This document shows positions 48,960 to 60,485 of a DNA stretch of 64,000 bases, one piece after another; the stretch's first letter is position 1; the number at the start of each line of letters is the position of its first letter. The notes beneath the pieces were generated by a model. It did not search any database, was not told the origin of the DNA, and saw only the letters and a program-made list of their open reading frames with translations. The position numbers and the translations under genes were made by a program. Source of the stretch: Eutreptiella sp. 'Long Island Sound 2002' (Eukaryota; Protista; Euglenida); contig OZ038378.1 in NCBI GenBank assembly GCA_964036045.1, forward strand, positions 142,476,001 to 142,540,000, in the 5' to 3' direction.

Positions 48960-50140
48960 TCCTCCCTCCCACTCTCCCTCCTTTTTACAAGTGCCTCTTG
49001 GCGCTGGCACGCCGTGTGTGCACCCTTGGGTGCCATTTCTTTCATTCCTCTTTATGACTCACGGGGTGAGTGTTGGCACCACACACACACACCCTGTTGG
49101 TGCATCCATATTGTTCATATTCTCTACATAGTCACCCGTGCCGGCCGGCGCCTGGGTCTTCCTCCAAGCTGCCTTTTGGGATACCATGGGGGACTGCACG
49201 CGGCGTCCTTCCTCCTAACCCCGTGACACCCGTGCAAGGGTGCCACAACAAATGCTGCCAATTCATTGCAGCACCAGAACTGCGGCCGGGGTGCAATAAC
49301 ACGCTCGGGGTAACGCTGCCGTACGCCGTGCCAAAAGGGGTAAGGCTCATGGCGTTGCCATGTGGACCCCAACCTCACCGGCCGGGAGGCGGCCCAAGAA
49401 CCTAGATAGTGAGGAAACCGAGCTCACGGGCATCTGTGCAGCATAAGGACCCACTTGAGGTGAGCAAACGAAGCATGCAGGTGTCCGCATCCCACAAGGG
49501 CCCGCACATGACCAGCGTAAGACGAAAACACCAACCGCGACCGCGGAGTACGCCATGCGTCACAGCACACGCGGATGGCTACACACAGCCCACAACATGT
49601 GAGGGGGGGGGCGGGGGGGCAAGGGTGTTCGGCCCCCCTAGCGCCCACCGGTGGCCGCTCTCCAACGTCTAGTTGTGAGACGAACCAAGGGGTGAGCCAC
49701 TACCGGGGGGTACCATGTGGCCCTCCCAAATCCAAACTCACATCCCTCCCTCCCTCTCTCCCTCCCTTCCCCCGTCCCTCCTTCCCTCCCTCCCTCCTTC
49801 CCTCCCTCCCACCCTCCCTCCCTCCTTTTTACAAGTGCCTCTTGGCGCCAGCACGTCGTGTGTGCACCCTCGTGTGCCGTTTCTTTCGTTCCTCTGTATG
49901 AATTGTGGGCTCAGTGCTGGCACCACATGCACGCACTCTCACCCCTTGTCTTCACTTTACGGCTGACTCTCATTTGCCTCAGTTGGCGCATCCATATTGT
50001 TCATATTCTCTACATAGTCACCCACGCCGGCCTCGCCGGGTCCTTCCTCCAAGCTGCTCTTTGGGATACTATTGGGGACAGCACGCGGCGTTCATCCACC
50101 TACCCTCCGTGACACCCTGTGCAGGGGTGACGGGACTCTG
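48960..50140 (+). repeat. Diverged direct repeat pair (~280-340 bp; 48960-49240 and 49800-50140)
   Basis: Shared blocks include CTCCTTTTTACAAGTGCCTCTTGGCGC and CATCCATATTGTTCATATTCTCTACATAGTCACCC. Confidence 0.85.
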
Positions 50141-50803
50141 CTGGGCCCGCGTCGCCCGCGCCCCGGGACAACAAGTGCACCCGGTGGTAGTTAGGCACCA
50201 CAAGACCTAGAGCTCATTCTGGGTTACGAACACAAATTTCCTCGTGGAAGCCATGTATGAAGGGTAGAAGAGGAACACCATGTGACCCTGGCTCACATTC
50301 CTCCGTGGGGCTATTGCCACAGCCGTGCATGACTGTGCTGCCATGCTAGCAGCCTCACACCATCATGGTCCCAAAGTTGAGTCTCTGCCGGTTGGTAGGA
50401 GGGCACCGATCGAAGGCACCCCTGCCCGGTCCCGAGACAGGCCAGCAGGGCTTCCTGCCATCATGATAAGCCATGCACGAGGAGCATCTCACTCCTTGGC
50501 AACATTTTCAAGTCGGTGGTCAAGCCCCCGGGGGACCGCCTTGGATGGATTGCCGGTTATGCCTTGGCAGTCTCTTTCTTGGGACGCACGGGGCTCACCA
50601 GTCATCTAGGAAGTGGACCTCCTCCTCCCCCAACCCCCCCACCCCCTCCGTGTCCCCCTCCCCGCCTCAACCCGTCCCTCCTCCCTTCCACCGCCACCCT
50701 TGATCAATAAGTTACCTCGGCAGAATGCGCTTCTTCCTGCTCCCCTTTGTTCTTCTACTTGTCCATCCCCCTCCCTCCCGCCCTCCCACAGACCCGACAG
50801 CAG

Positions 50804-51844
50804 ATGATGAATGCGTCCTACCCTGACGAGCTCCCAACGTACCCCCCTCCCGGCGCTGGCGGCCTCGACTACCTTCGCATCAATCAAAGCATTGCCCAAG
50901 GGCTCCCATTCCTCGTCCGCCAAGCCGCATCCTTCGACAGCAACCTCGCTCGTTTGGTCCCCCAAGTTGCGTCGCGCCAGCAGTGGTGCGCCGGTGAGAC
51001 CGGGCGGTTGGTGGTGGCCACCTCGCAGCTGCACCCCGGCGGTCGCAGCGGGCCCCCGTTCAACGCACGCCCCATGACGATCCGGCAGTTCTTCGCGTCG
51101 CACTACGCGGCCGGCGGGACCCAGACTGCACCCGCCGCCGGGAACGGGGCCTCGTCTTCGGCGGCAGCCGGTGCTGCGGCTGCGGCCGGTGACGGACCGG
51201 GGCCTGGGACGGAGGCCGGGAGCGGGGCCGCGCCGCGGTTTTACCTGCAGCAAGTGCCCGTGTGCGACAATGCGGTGCTGCGCGCGTGGCTCGGGAACAC
51301 GTCCGTGCCCTTCGGCTGCCAGCCCGACGCCTACGCCTGCAGCGTCTTCGCCGGCGCGCGGGGCATCACCACGTCGCTGCACTACGACCGGCAGCACTTC
51401 GCCCAGGGCCTGACGTCGATGGACAACTTCTTCGTCCAGTGCTCCGGTACAAAGCGGTTCGAGCTCTGGCGCCCCGCGGACCACGCGGCGATGTACCCCC
51501 GGGGGGAGCCCCTGCCCCCCGGCGCCCTCGCCCCCGGGGCCCAGGGCTGGCGCGCCGCGACGAGCCCCGAGGACCTGCGCCCGGAGGCGCTGCGGGAGTC
51601 GCCGCACGTCTCGCGGATCTGCGATTTGGAGGAGGCGGCCCGGGCCGCGGCCGATGGCGGGGCCCCGGCGTGGCCCGGCTTCGCGGCCGCGCACGCGCGG
51701 CGGTACACCGTGACGCTGGGCCCCGGCGATGCGCTGTACATCCCGCGGTGGTGGTGGCACAAGACCACGGCGCTGAGCGAGGGAACCGCCATGAACTGGT
51801 GGTTTTTGTTTGCCCCGGAAGAGGGCGAGGAGGCCGGTGCGTAG
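50804..51844 (+). CDS. JmjC-domain (cupin-like, FIH/JMJD5-type) 2-oxoglutarate/Fe(II) hydroxylase
   Basis: Contains FYLQQ, TSLHYD (HxD), NFFVQCSGTKRF and LGPGDALYIPRWWWH (distal His), and MNWWF. GC3-rich and intronless as seen. Confidence 0.9.
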   Translation: MMNASYPDELPTYPPPGAGGLDYLRINQSIAQGLPFLVRQAASFDSNLARLVPQVASRQQWCAGETGRLVVATSQLHPGGRSGPPFNARPMTIRQFFASHYAAGGTQTAPAAGNGASSSAAAGAAAAAGDGPGPGTEAGSGAAPRFYLQQVPVCDNAVLRAWLGNTSVPFGCQPDAYACSVFAGARGITTSLHYDRQHFAQGLTSMDNFFVQCSGTKRFELWRPADHAAMYPRGEPLPPGALAPGAQGWRAATSPEDLRPEALRESPHVSRICDLEEAARAAADGGAPAWPGFAAAHARRYTVTLGPGDALYIPRWWWHKTTALSEGTAMNWWFLFAPEEGEEAGA

Positions 51845-52667
51845 TGGGACTTTCGATGGCGTGTGTGTGTCTGGGCAGGGGGGGCTCCATTGGCAGCGGG
51901 GAGGTGCCCCCCCGTGAGCCATGCGTGCGGCCCCACTGCCCTCTCCCCATCCCCCTTTTCCCCAACTGCTTCCCAATGGCATTTACAACCGTTAACAACC
52001 GCCCGAACCGACCAAACAACCCCCTGACACCCCAGTCTGGACCTCCACCCGGTCCAATGCATCCCTGCGGCGGGGCGCTTGTGGGTAATATAGCCCCTCA
52101 GAACTGATTTTGGGTTTTCTGGGGGGGGGGGGGCGATTTGTGACTTGTGCTGCAGTGCAATTGCAAAAAAAAAAAACACCAGCCAAACCTGCGCAGCCTC
52201 TGCCACACCATCGGCGATATAGGTCAGGTGATTCTCCGCAGGTAATTTATTGCACAAGTGTGGCGGTGGAGGGGGAAAAGGAGGGAGGGGTTGAGGAGGC
52301 AGGGAGGCAGGCAGGCAGGCAGGGAGGGAGGGAGGGAGGGCGTTAAGTTTAGGTTCAGCCTGGCAGTGCCGTAGTGGCGCCCCCAGAGGGCGGCATTGCG
52401 CCGGGACGGTAGGCGCTAGGGGGGGCTGCACCCCCTGCCCCCCACCCCCCCACAGGCGTTTGGGATGTGTGCAGCCGTTCGCGAGTGCTGGCCGCCGTTG
52501 GTGTTTTCGTCCTCGTGAGCAGGCCCTTGTGCCTTGAGGGAGGGAGGGAGGGAGGGAGGGAGGGAGGGAGGGAGGGAGGGAGGGGGGGACAGGGGGATGG
52601 CAGGCAAAACGACGGAGTCTTATGTGTACATATTGCGGCTGCCCTTTGAGGCAGCCTTATTTGATTG

Positions 52668-52705
52668 CGTTTCAGCGCAGCGTTTCAGCGCAGCGTTTCA
52701 GCGCA
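52668..52705 (+). repeat. 13-bp tandem trimer CGTTTCAGCGCAG; (GGGA)n tracts nearby at ~52300-52340 and 52540-52585
   Basis: Directly visible. Confidence 0.9.
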
Positions 52706-54480
52706 ACGCCGCGACGTGAACCATTTCCTTCTGGTGCCTGGGATATGAAAGGTACACTGCCGCCACCAGGCCTTGCTGTCATACATAAACCATCTGCATT
52801 GACCTCTTCATGTGCGATGGTGCTCGCACATCAAGTCATGAGAACCCTACTACAACCGTATCCGATTGGAGATCTTGTCGTTGGTGTCTTTGCTCTTTAG
52901 GTCCAGAACATACAATCCCTCGTTTTGTACCAAAAAATACCCCCCGAAATGTGCCAAAAAGGTCCCCAAAATGTTCTAACCCCCCGCCCCTTGTGCCAAA
53001 AAAAAAAAACACCCACTGCACCCGGAAAAAGAACCCGCCTGCACCAAAAGAACCCCCCTTTGTACCAAAATGCCCCCCTGATTGCCCAACTTTGCATGCT
53101 GCACTTATGCACCCCACCTCCACCTCCCACCCCCACCCCACCCTTTACTCCTGTTGTCACAACCCAATTTCAAGTTTCTTCTCCCCACCACAACACGCCC
53201 CTACTCACAGGAGCTTCCTTTGCAGCCCCCCGATGGTAGGACCACGTGTACTCCACCATGGCTACTATGGTGCAGTCTATGGGTCCTGTATTTTTTTTAG
53301 ATGCAAATTATGCGGATAAAAAAATAATCCGCACTGAAAAAAGATTTTCTGCGCTCAAAAAGAATATTCCGCCCTAAAAAAAAATACTCAGACGTTTTTT
53401 TTCTGCGCGGAGTATTTTTTTTTTAGCGCGAATGCCGCAAATTTTAGACGTGGTCACAAAAGTGTTATGGGCGGTTCCCTGGGCACCTGTGGGGGAACGT
53501 GGTATGTGCGGGGACCCCGTGACGGCACGGGTGATGAAGCAAGTTTGATTTTGAACCCCCCCCCCCAACTTGGATTTACACCCTGTTTCACCCATTTTTA
53601 CCTTTTTGCGCATTCCCACCACATCCACTCTTTTTCTGGGTTGATTGCTCCCCACCCACGGGGGGCGTTGACACCAACCCCCCCACCCCCACCCCCACCC
53701 CCACCCCCCTCTAGACCCCCTCTGGAGCGCCAGATTAGCAAGACGAGGCGCTATACAAATGTCGTGTGTTGCGCAGACATTTTAAATGCAATCGTCAGCC
53801 CACGGAGCAGGGGGACCTATGCAGAGAGTTCATCGCAGAAGATCACAGGTACTATCTGAATGTGGTAAAGTAGGGTACTCAGCCACCTTGGCCAGAGCCC
53901 ATGTGCACAGATTCATCTGCTCAGAGAACAGGGGTCTTCCTTCGCTGGGGGACCTATGCAGAGAGGTCAGGGCGCTTCCGCCACTACCATCACGTCGTCG
54001 GCCGCTGCATGGGGCAGGTAAGCACGGAGCATGTCTGCTACCGACCTGGTGGCCTTCAGCTGGGGCCGCCTTCGTCCCCTGGGTGGGGACCGACGCCGCG
54101 GCGCAGCACGGCTGTTGAGGGCCGCTGAAATGCGGATGAACACATCAGGGAGCGACGTCGGCGGCGGCGGGGGGGGGGGGGGGGGGGGTTGCTCGTCTGG
54201 CGAGGGGGGGGGGGGTAGTTGGCGTCCTAGGACCCGCGGAGTCGCCCCCCCCCCCCCCCCCCGTGGGGCGGGGAGCCCTGCGGCACAGGCGGCGCCCCTG
54301 TAGGGCCGGAAGAAACCTCGGCGCTAGCGGGCAGGGGCCGGGGGTTGTCCCCCCCGGCCGTCGGTGGGGGGGAGAACGGGTCAGCGTACCCCCCGCCCGG
54401 TCGTGCTGGCCCCTCACTCACCGAGAGCTCCCGGTCAGACAAAAGGTGCAGCTTGGGGCGTTGCGGGGGTCTGGGGCTGT

Positions 54481-54614
54481 CAGGCTCCAGGGCAAAGGCA
54501 GCACCACATCCACCCGCCACTCGGCGACCGTGTGCCGTTGTAGGCGCAAGGACGTGACATTGGCGTGCGCCACGCGCAATGGCCCCGGGTGGGGGTGCAC
54601 GTCCCCGCAGCGCA
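54481..54614 (-). mobile_element. 2A-like peptide plus APE endonuclease start of a non-LTR element (copy 1)
   Basis: LLLRCGDVHPHPGPLRVAHANVTSLRLQRHTVAEWRVDVVL. Confidence 0.7.
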
Positions 54615-56039
54615 GCAGCAGGGGGGCAAGCTGCGAAAGACGCAGAAAATGAGCATTTGATGCTCGAACTGATGTGCTGGGATGCAGGGTTCTAAGGAGT
54701 TGATCACTATGGCTGTCAGACACTGCAGCACAGGCACGCGGATGGCACGTTGTACTGCAGAAGAAATGAGCAAGCTTGGCTGGATCACTCTGCGTCTGAG
54801 TATTCCGCTGAGCAGCTGAGCGTAGGGACGTTTTTGGGTCAGTAGCTTCGTGGTCAGACTCCGGATACAAAGGGGCCTCTGATGAACTATCCGAACTTGG
54901 AATGCTATGAAAAGCAGTAAGAAACACATCTGTAATAGAATGGGTGGCTGAGTACCCTACTTCACAAAATTCAGGCATTATCTATGATCCATTCAAATGC
55001 GCCGTCCCGGTCCACAGCTCCAGCGGCGGCAGGGCAAGCACGGAAGAGACGTAGTCCCCTCCGGCTCGTCCAGGCCGCCCCCCACCATCGCCGATGGTGG
55101 GCCAGCACCGCCTGCGCCCTTGCCCCCCTCGAGGGCTGTGCCCTATGGTCCTGCGCTCTAGGACCTCCTCGCCGGGGCCAGGATTGGATGGTGGCACACC
55201 CACCACCAACGTGCGGACGGCCCTGTCTGGCCGTCCGCCGTCCAGGGCCCCAGTGGCCCCGAGTTTGGGACCAAGGGGGCCACCATTGGCCAGGCGCTGC
55301 AGTGGAGGTACCCCCCGGCCCTCTTCGCGTACGCCCCCCGGCCGGACACCCGGAGCGCCGGCCTCCCCTACACATGGCACTGGTATATGGCGCCACTGTG
55401 GCAGGAGGAGACCGGCGCGCCGATGTGGCGGCCGACCCGTCATGGCCGGGTGGAGCGTTGGGACCCCCCCGACTACTGGCACCTCCGCCCGCGCTGCCGC
55501 CTCACCCTCTTCGAGGGAGAGACGGCCGCCGGCAGGCCCCAAACCGTGGCGGTGGACTGTTGGGGCCGTTGTGGGACAACGACCCCGCCCGCCACCCCCC
55601 CCCCCCCCCCGACCCCGAGCCCTTGGCAACGTGGCGGGAGGTGGCCACCGCGGTGCACACCCTCCTCCTCGGCTCACCGACGTCTCGTGGGCCGCCCTGC
55701 CGGAGGCGGGGGAGGTCTCGGCCACTGCCTGGTGGCCATACGTCCTCCGCCGCATCGACCCCGGCCCCCACCGAGCCGCCCGGCTGCCTTGCCGAGGGAT
55801 GGGAGCACGGCCGTCCCCCGCGCCTACCAGCCCACCCCCCCCCACCCCCCGCCTGCCGCCGGCGGACCGCCGCCTCCTCCCACGCCGCCTCCCCCGCCTC
55901 CCGGCGCGCCCACCTTGGGCCGGTGACCTCCGCCGACCGCCTGACCGCAGTGCAGTCTGGCCCGCCACCGCCCCCCCTTCGGGCCTCCCCTTCACGCCCT
56001 CGACCGACAGCAGTTGAGTCCCCCCCCCCCCCCGGCTGA

Positions 56040-56173
56040 TGCGTTGCGGGGACGTGCACCCCCACCCGGGGCCATTGCGCGTGGCGCACGCCAATGTTTC
56101 GTCCTTGCGCCTACACTGGCACACGGTCGCCGAGTGGCGGGTGGATGTGGTGCTGCCTTTGCCCTGGAGCCTG
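56040..56173 (+). mobile_element. Inverted copy 2 of the 2A-like/APE fragment
   Basis: 134 bp with 5 mismatches to the reverse complement of 54481-54614. Confidence 0.75.
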
Positions 56174-57172
56174 GCGGGTGGATGTGGCCCCTCTTTATGT
56201 GTTTTCCATCCCATTTGAGTGACGGGGGCAGGGTCCCAAGGAGTCTAGGGCACAACTTGCAATTATGCAGTTCCCCAGCCTCAACAGCTCAGAAATGGTC
56301 GTCCCTCTCCCCTCTTCGAGGTGCCTTGCCGAAGGCAATAGAATTTGTGTGTGCCGCGAGTGTTTCACGTAGAATCCGCGAGCATATGTGGGGCGACTCT
56401 TTTGGATGATGAGGCGGCTGTAGTGTACGCGTGCAGTCACAAGATGCGAACACCGCTCGCTGCGCTGCGTAGGTGGTGATTGGGTGCTGATTCAGGTAAC
56501 AAACTGCTTTTGCACGGTTTTGGGGTGAGGGGCACTGGGCGAGTGATGTCCGTATCCGTGTGCGTAAATATGATGAGTAAACGTGATATTTGGACCAGAT
56601 CATCGTGCGTGGCTTGTGCATACCATTCAGACGCATATGTTGTCCAGGGACCCCAATCACTAACCCAAGCTGCTCTGCATAGGTGTAGCCAGAGGTGTAT
56701 TGTTGAACTGATTTGGTGCTTTGTCTTGTGTGATCAATCACTAACCGAAGGTGCTGTGCATAGGTGTAGCCATGCTGGACATTGGGTGAGGCACAGTCGG
56801 GCAGGGCCTGTGCACCACAACACAAAGGGCTTCTCAACAGTTCCTGCACCGACGGCGGTTTTGACCGCCAAATCAACACCAAAATGGGCGACCAGCGGGC
56901 GGGTCTAGTGTTGGCATGGGCTCCCACTTTGGGTTTGTACGGGGGCTGCATCCCCCTGAGGGACCGATGGCTGCGGCGGTGGGCAGAGGGGATTGCACGG
57001 TGTGAGTCCCCCCCTCCCCCCCCTCCACTTGGGATGTTCTTGTGTCTCCAGAATGCCCCACTTTTGATGAGGAGAGCGGCAGCACAGGCCCATGATTAGC
57101 ACTGCGGTGGGGGGGCGCGGCACAGGCTCCCAGGCCCTGTGCACCGCCCGGACTCTTCTGCGCCCAACGCAG

Positions 57173-58189
57173 TTCTTGACTCCCGACGACGGACATGCAG
57201 CAGCACGGGCCAGCGCACAGAGCAGCGCGGCATTGCCAGGGAAGCAGGCACCTGCGGCGGCGCCGGACGAGCCGCCTGCGACCGGCGCCGTGGCCCCTGC
57301 GCCGACCAAAGACAAGCAAAGCTACAAGTACGGCTTCGTTGCCGCCGTCGAGACGGAGAGGGCCCCGAAGGGCCTGGACGAGGCCCGCATCCGCGACATC
57401 TCCGCAAAGAAGGGCGAGCCCGAGTGGCTGCTGCAGTACCGCCTCGACGCCTACTCGAAGTGGAAGCAGCTGAAGCCCCCGAAGTGGGCCAACGTGCGGC
57501 TGGGCGACATCGACTTCCAGGACATCACGTACTACTCCGTGCCCAAGAAGCGGCCCACGCTGGACTCCCTCGACGAGGTGGACCCCGAGGTGCTCAAGAC
57601 CTTCGAGAAGCTCGGGATCCCGCTGGACGAGCAGAAGCGGCTGAGCAACGTCGCGGTGGACGCGGTGTTCGACTCCACGTCCGTCGCCACGACCTTCCGC
57701 AAGACCCTCGCGGAGGCGGGGGTCCTGTTCTGCTCCATGTCGGAGGCGGTGCGGGACTACCCCGAGCTCGTTAGGAAGTACCTTGGGAAGGTGGTGCCCC
57801 CGCAGGACAACTTCTACGCGGCCCTCAATGCGGCGGTCTTCACGGACGGGACCTTCGTGTACATCCCCAAGGGCGTCAAGTGCCCGATGGAGCTGTCCAC
57901 GTACTTCCGGATCAACGACCGCGAGACGGGGCAGTTCGAGCGCACGCTCATCGTGGCCGAGGAGGGCAGCGCGGTCAGCTACTTGGAGGGCTGCACCGCC
58001 CCGGAGAACTCCAAGAACCAGCTGCACGCGGCGGTCGTGGAGCTGGTCGCGAAGGACGACGCCACCATCAAGTACTCCACGGTGCAGAACTGGTACCCGG
58101 GCGACGAGGCCGGCAGGGGCGGCATTTACAACTTCGTGACGAAGCGGGGGCTCTGCGAGGGCAAGCGGTCGAAAATCATCTGGACGCAG
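57173..58189 (+). CDS. sufB: Fe-S cluster assembly scaffold SufB, first recognisable exon (the N-terminal targeting part may start at 57092 or on an upstream exon)
   Basis: [51 protein letters not shown] and YNFVTKRG. An in-frame acceptor CAG lies at 57170-57172 and the donor CAG|GTGTTG at 58190. Confidence 0.96.
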
Positions 58190-58707
58190 GTGTTGTGGTT
58201 GTGGGCGATCGTGGCCTCCGGATGATCTCTGTGTTGTTTGCTTGGCTTGGCCTTGATTTCATCGCATTATTTTGGGGGCGCACCGTGCGCTGTGCCCGCG
58301 CTGTGTCAGCTGTTTTTCACCCCCGGTAGCCACCGGTCCCAGGGTCCTGAATTCCGCACCCCCGATGCTGTTTTGAATGGATCATGCACGCCTCTGTAGG
58401 GGGGTGGTTTGCAGGGGTGTTCCCGGGATGAACAGCGGAAAGATTGGCGCTGTGCGAAAACGCCCCCTTTGTGTGGACTGTCTTCAAGTGGTTGTTGATT
58501 GTTGCCTTGATTTAGTTTGTGAAGTCGTGTCATTGTGTTGTTGTAATGAGTTTGTGTTTGTTTCGTTTCGTGTGTTGTATTGTCGAAATGTCATACGTGT
58601 TGACTTTCTTATGAGAAGTCTCGGATGAACGTTCGTTGTATTGTGCTGCGTGACGTCGCTTGCGCTGCACAGCGCGTTCGCATTTTGTGGCCCGACGCTG
58701 GACGCAG
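58190..58707 (+). other. GT-AG intron of sufB (518 nt) bounded by a 13-bp direct repeat
   Basis: Splicing restores the conserved WTQ|[25 protein letters not shown] occurs at 58180-58192 and 58698-58710. Confidence 0.93.
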
Positions 58708-59241
58708 GTGGAGGCTGGGTCGGCCATCACGTGGAAGTACCCGAGCTGCGTGCTGAAGGGGGACCGCTCGGTCGGGGAGTTCTACTCCGTGGCGCTGACC
58801 AACGGGCGGATGCAGGCGGACACCGGGACGAAGATGGTGCACGTGGGCCGGGACACCCGGTCCACGATCGTCTCCAAGGGGATCTCCGCCGACGGGTCGC
58901 ACAACTCGTACCGCGGCCTCGTGGCCGTCCAGCCCGGCGCCGCCAACGCCCGGAACTACACGCAGTGCGACTCGATGCTGGTGGGCAACCGGTGCTCCGC
59001 CAACACGTTCCCGGTCATCGCGGCGCGGGACGCCCGCAACCAAGTGGAGCACGAGGCCAGCACCTGCAAGCTGAGCGAGGAGCAGCTGCTGTACCTGCGG
59101 TGCCGGGGGCTGGACTCGGAGGAGGCCATCCGGATGGTGGTCAGCGGGTTCGCGCGGAGCGTCCTCACGAAGCTGCCGATGGAGTTCGCGGCGGAGGCGG
59201 ACAAGCTGCTGACCATGAAGCTGGCGAACAGCGTGGGCTGA
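58708..59241 (+). CDS. sufB: SufB, terminal exon
   Basis: [41 protein letters not shown] and NSVG-stop. Confidence 0.96.
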   Translation: MEAGSAITWKYPSCVLKGDRSVGEFYSVALTNGRMQADTGTKMVHVGRDTRSTIVSKGISADGSHNSYRGLVAVQPGAANARNYTQCDSMLVGNRCSANTFPVIAARDARNQVEHEASTCKLSEEQLLYLRCRGLDSEEAIRMVVSGFARSVLTKLPMEFAAEADKLLTMKLANSVG

Positions 59242-60000
59242 GGGGGGGGACGACACCAGCAGGAGCACCGGCCGCAGCGGCCGACAGAACGCAGCGACGC
59301 GACGCAACATGCGAAGGGACGAACGGGTGACTGTCCAGGGCCCTGTAAAGGAACAGCCACCCGACGGCATGTCACACGGGGGGGGGGCAGGCGGGAGGCC
59401 GTTGGTGCGCGTTTTGTGTCGACGGGGGGCGCCCTTGACCCCCGCACCCCCACCCCCCCTCAAAAAGGGCCAAAATGTTTTGAAGGTCCGCACCACTTTT
59501 GGTCCGAGTTTGCCGCCGAAGGCACCGGAAATGTCGTTTAGCCTCCGGCGGGGGGTGGCGTGTCCTGACGTCCTGACGTGCGCGCGCCCCACGTGCTCGC
59601 ACTCTCAGGGGGAGTCCAAATGTTTATGTCCAACACGAAGGCTTTCTCTGACCCCGGATCCCCCCCCCCCCCAAGGCCGGCTGCCGGGACCAGACCCCCC
59701 GGGGGGTCAACTATCGCTTGTTCCGAAACCCCCGCATACACGTTGTGCAAAAGGATCGGTGCGACGAGGCGCGTCGCGCTGAGCTCCGGCGCCGCAACGG
59801 ACTCCACCGCGGGCGGCTCTTTTCGGTTGCGATCGGACGTCGGGTCGGGGCGGTCCGGTCCCCCTCCCGTGCGGTCACCGCCCGGGGCCCGAGGGTACGT
59901 GGCCCCCCCAGGCCGGCGGCCACACCCCCTCCAGGGGGGCCGGAATGGTGCGAGGGTGTCGGGGTCGAGGGCTGCGCGTGGGAGCCCCCCCCCCCCCCCC

Positions 60001-60485
60001 CATACTTGGTGCTAACACCTGCCAAAACGTTTTATGACACGTGCCGACACCTCCCAAGACTTCTTATGACTTGTATGGTGTGCATGTGTGCGTGGGTCCA
60101 TGTCGTCTTCCCTTTGTCGGTGGTGACTTTTGGTGGCATTGTGTCACAGGCACTTTGAATCATGTTACCCATTTTTCAGGGCGATCATCGGGTGGATAAC
60201 CAGCCCCTTGCAAGCCGTCCCTCCCAACCTACAGAAGCTACAGAGCAGGTTACGGGCTCAAGAGGCAGCTCCCACGTTGCAGGAGGCAGGTTAGGGTTAG
60301 GGTCCAAGATACATTTCTTTTCTTTTGCAGAACATGGCCTGGTTTTCGTCTACATTTAAGTCTGTGGATTGTGTCTGTGTGTGTGTTTCCATGTGCTCCA
60401 AACTGCCTGACACATGCCGACACCTGCCGAAATGTTTTGTGACACCTGCCGACACCGGCCTTGGCAGGTGTAAGTGCCAAGTATG
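60001..60485. mobile_element. MITE-like element with 25-bp TIRs inside a poly-C tract
   Basis: CATACTTGGTGCTAACACCTGCCAA (60001-60025) matches the reverse complement of 60461-60485 at 22/25. Subterminal ACACCTGCC repeats are present, with C-runs on both flanks. Confidence 0.7.

Noticed and set aside
54982-56214. 300-400 aa ORFs in the GC-rich block upstream of sufB as SufB presequence exons or host genes
   Set aside because: The translations are low-complexity in all frames with no codon bias pattern, and the block leads into the 2A/APE fragment, so it is probably retroelement-derived.
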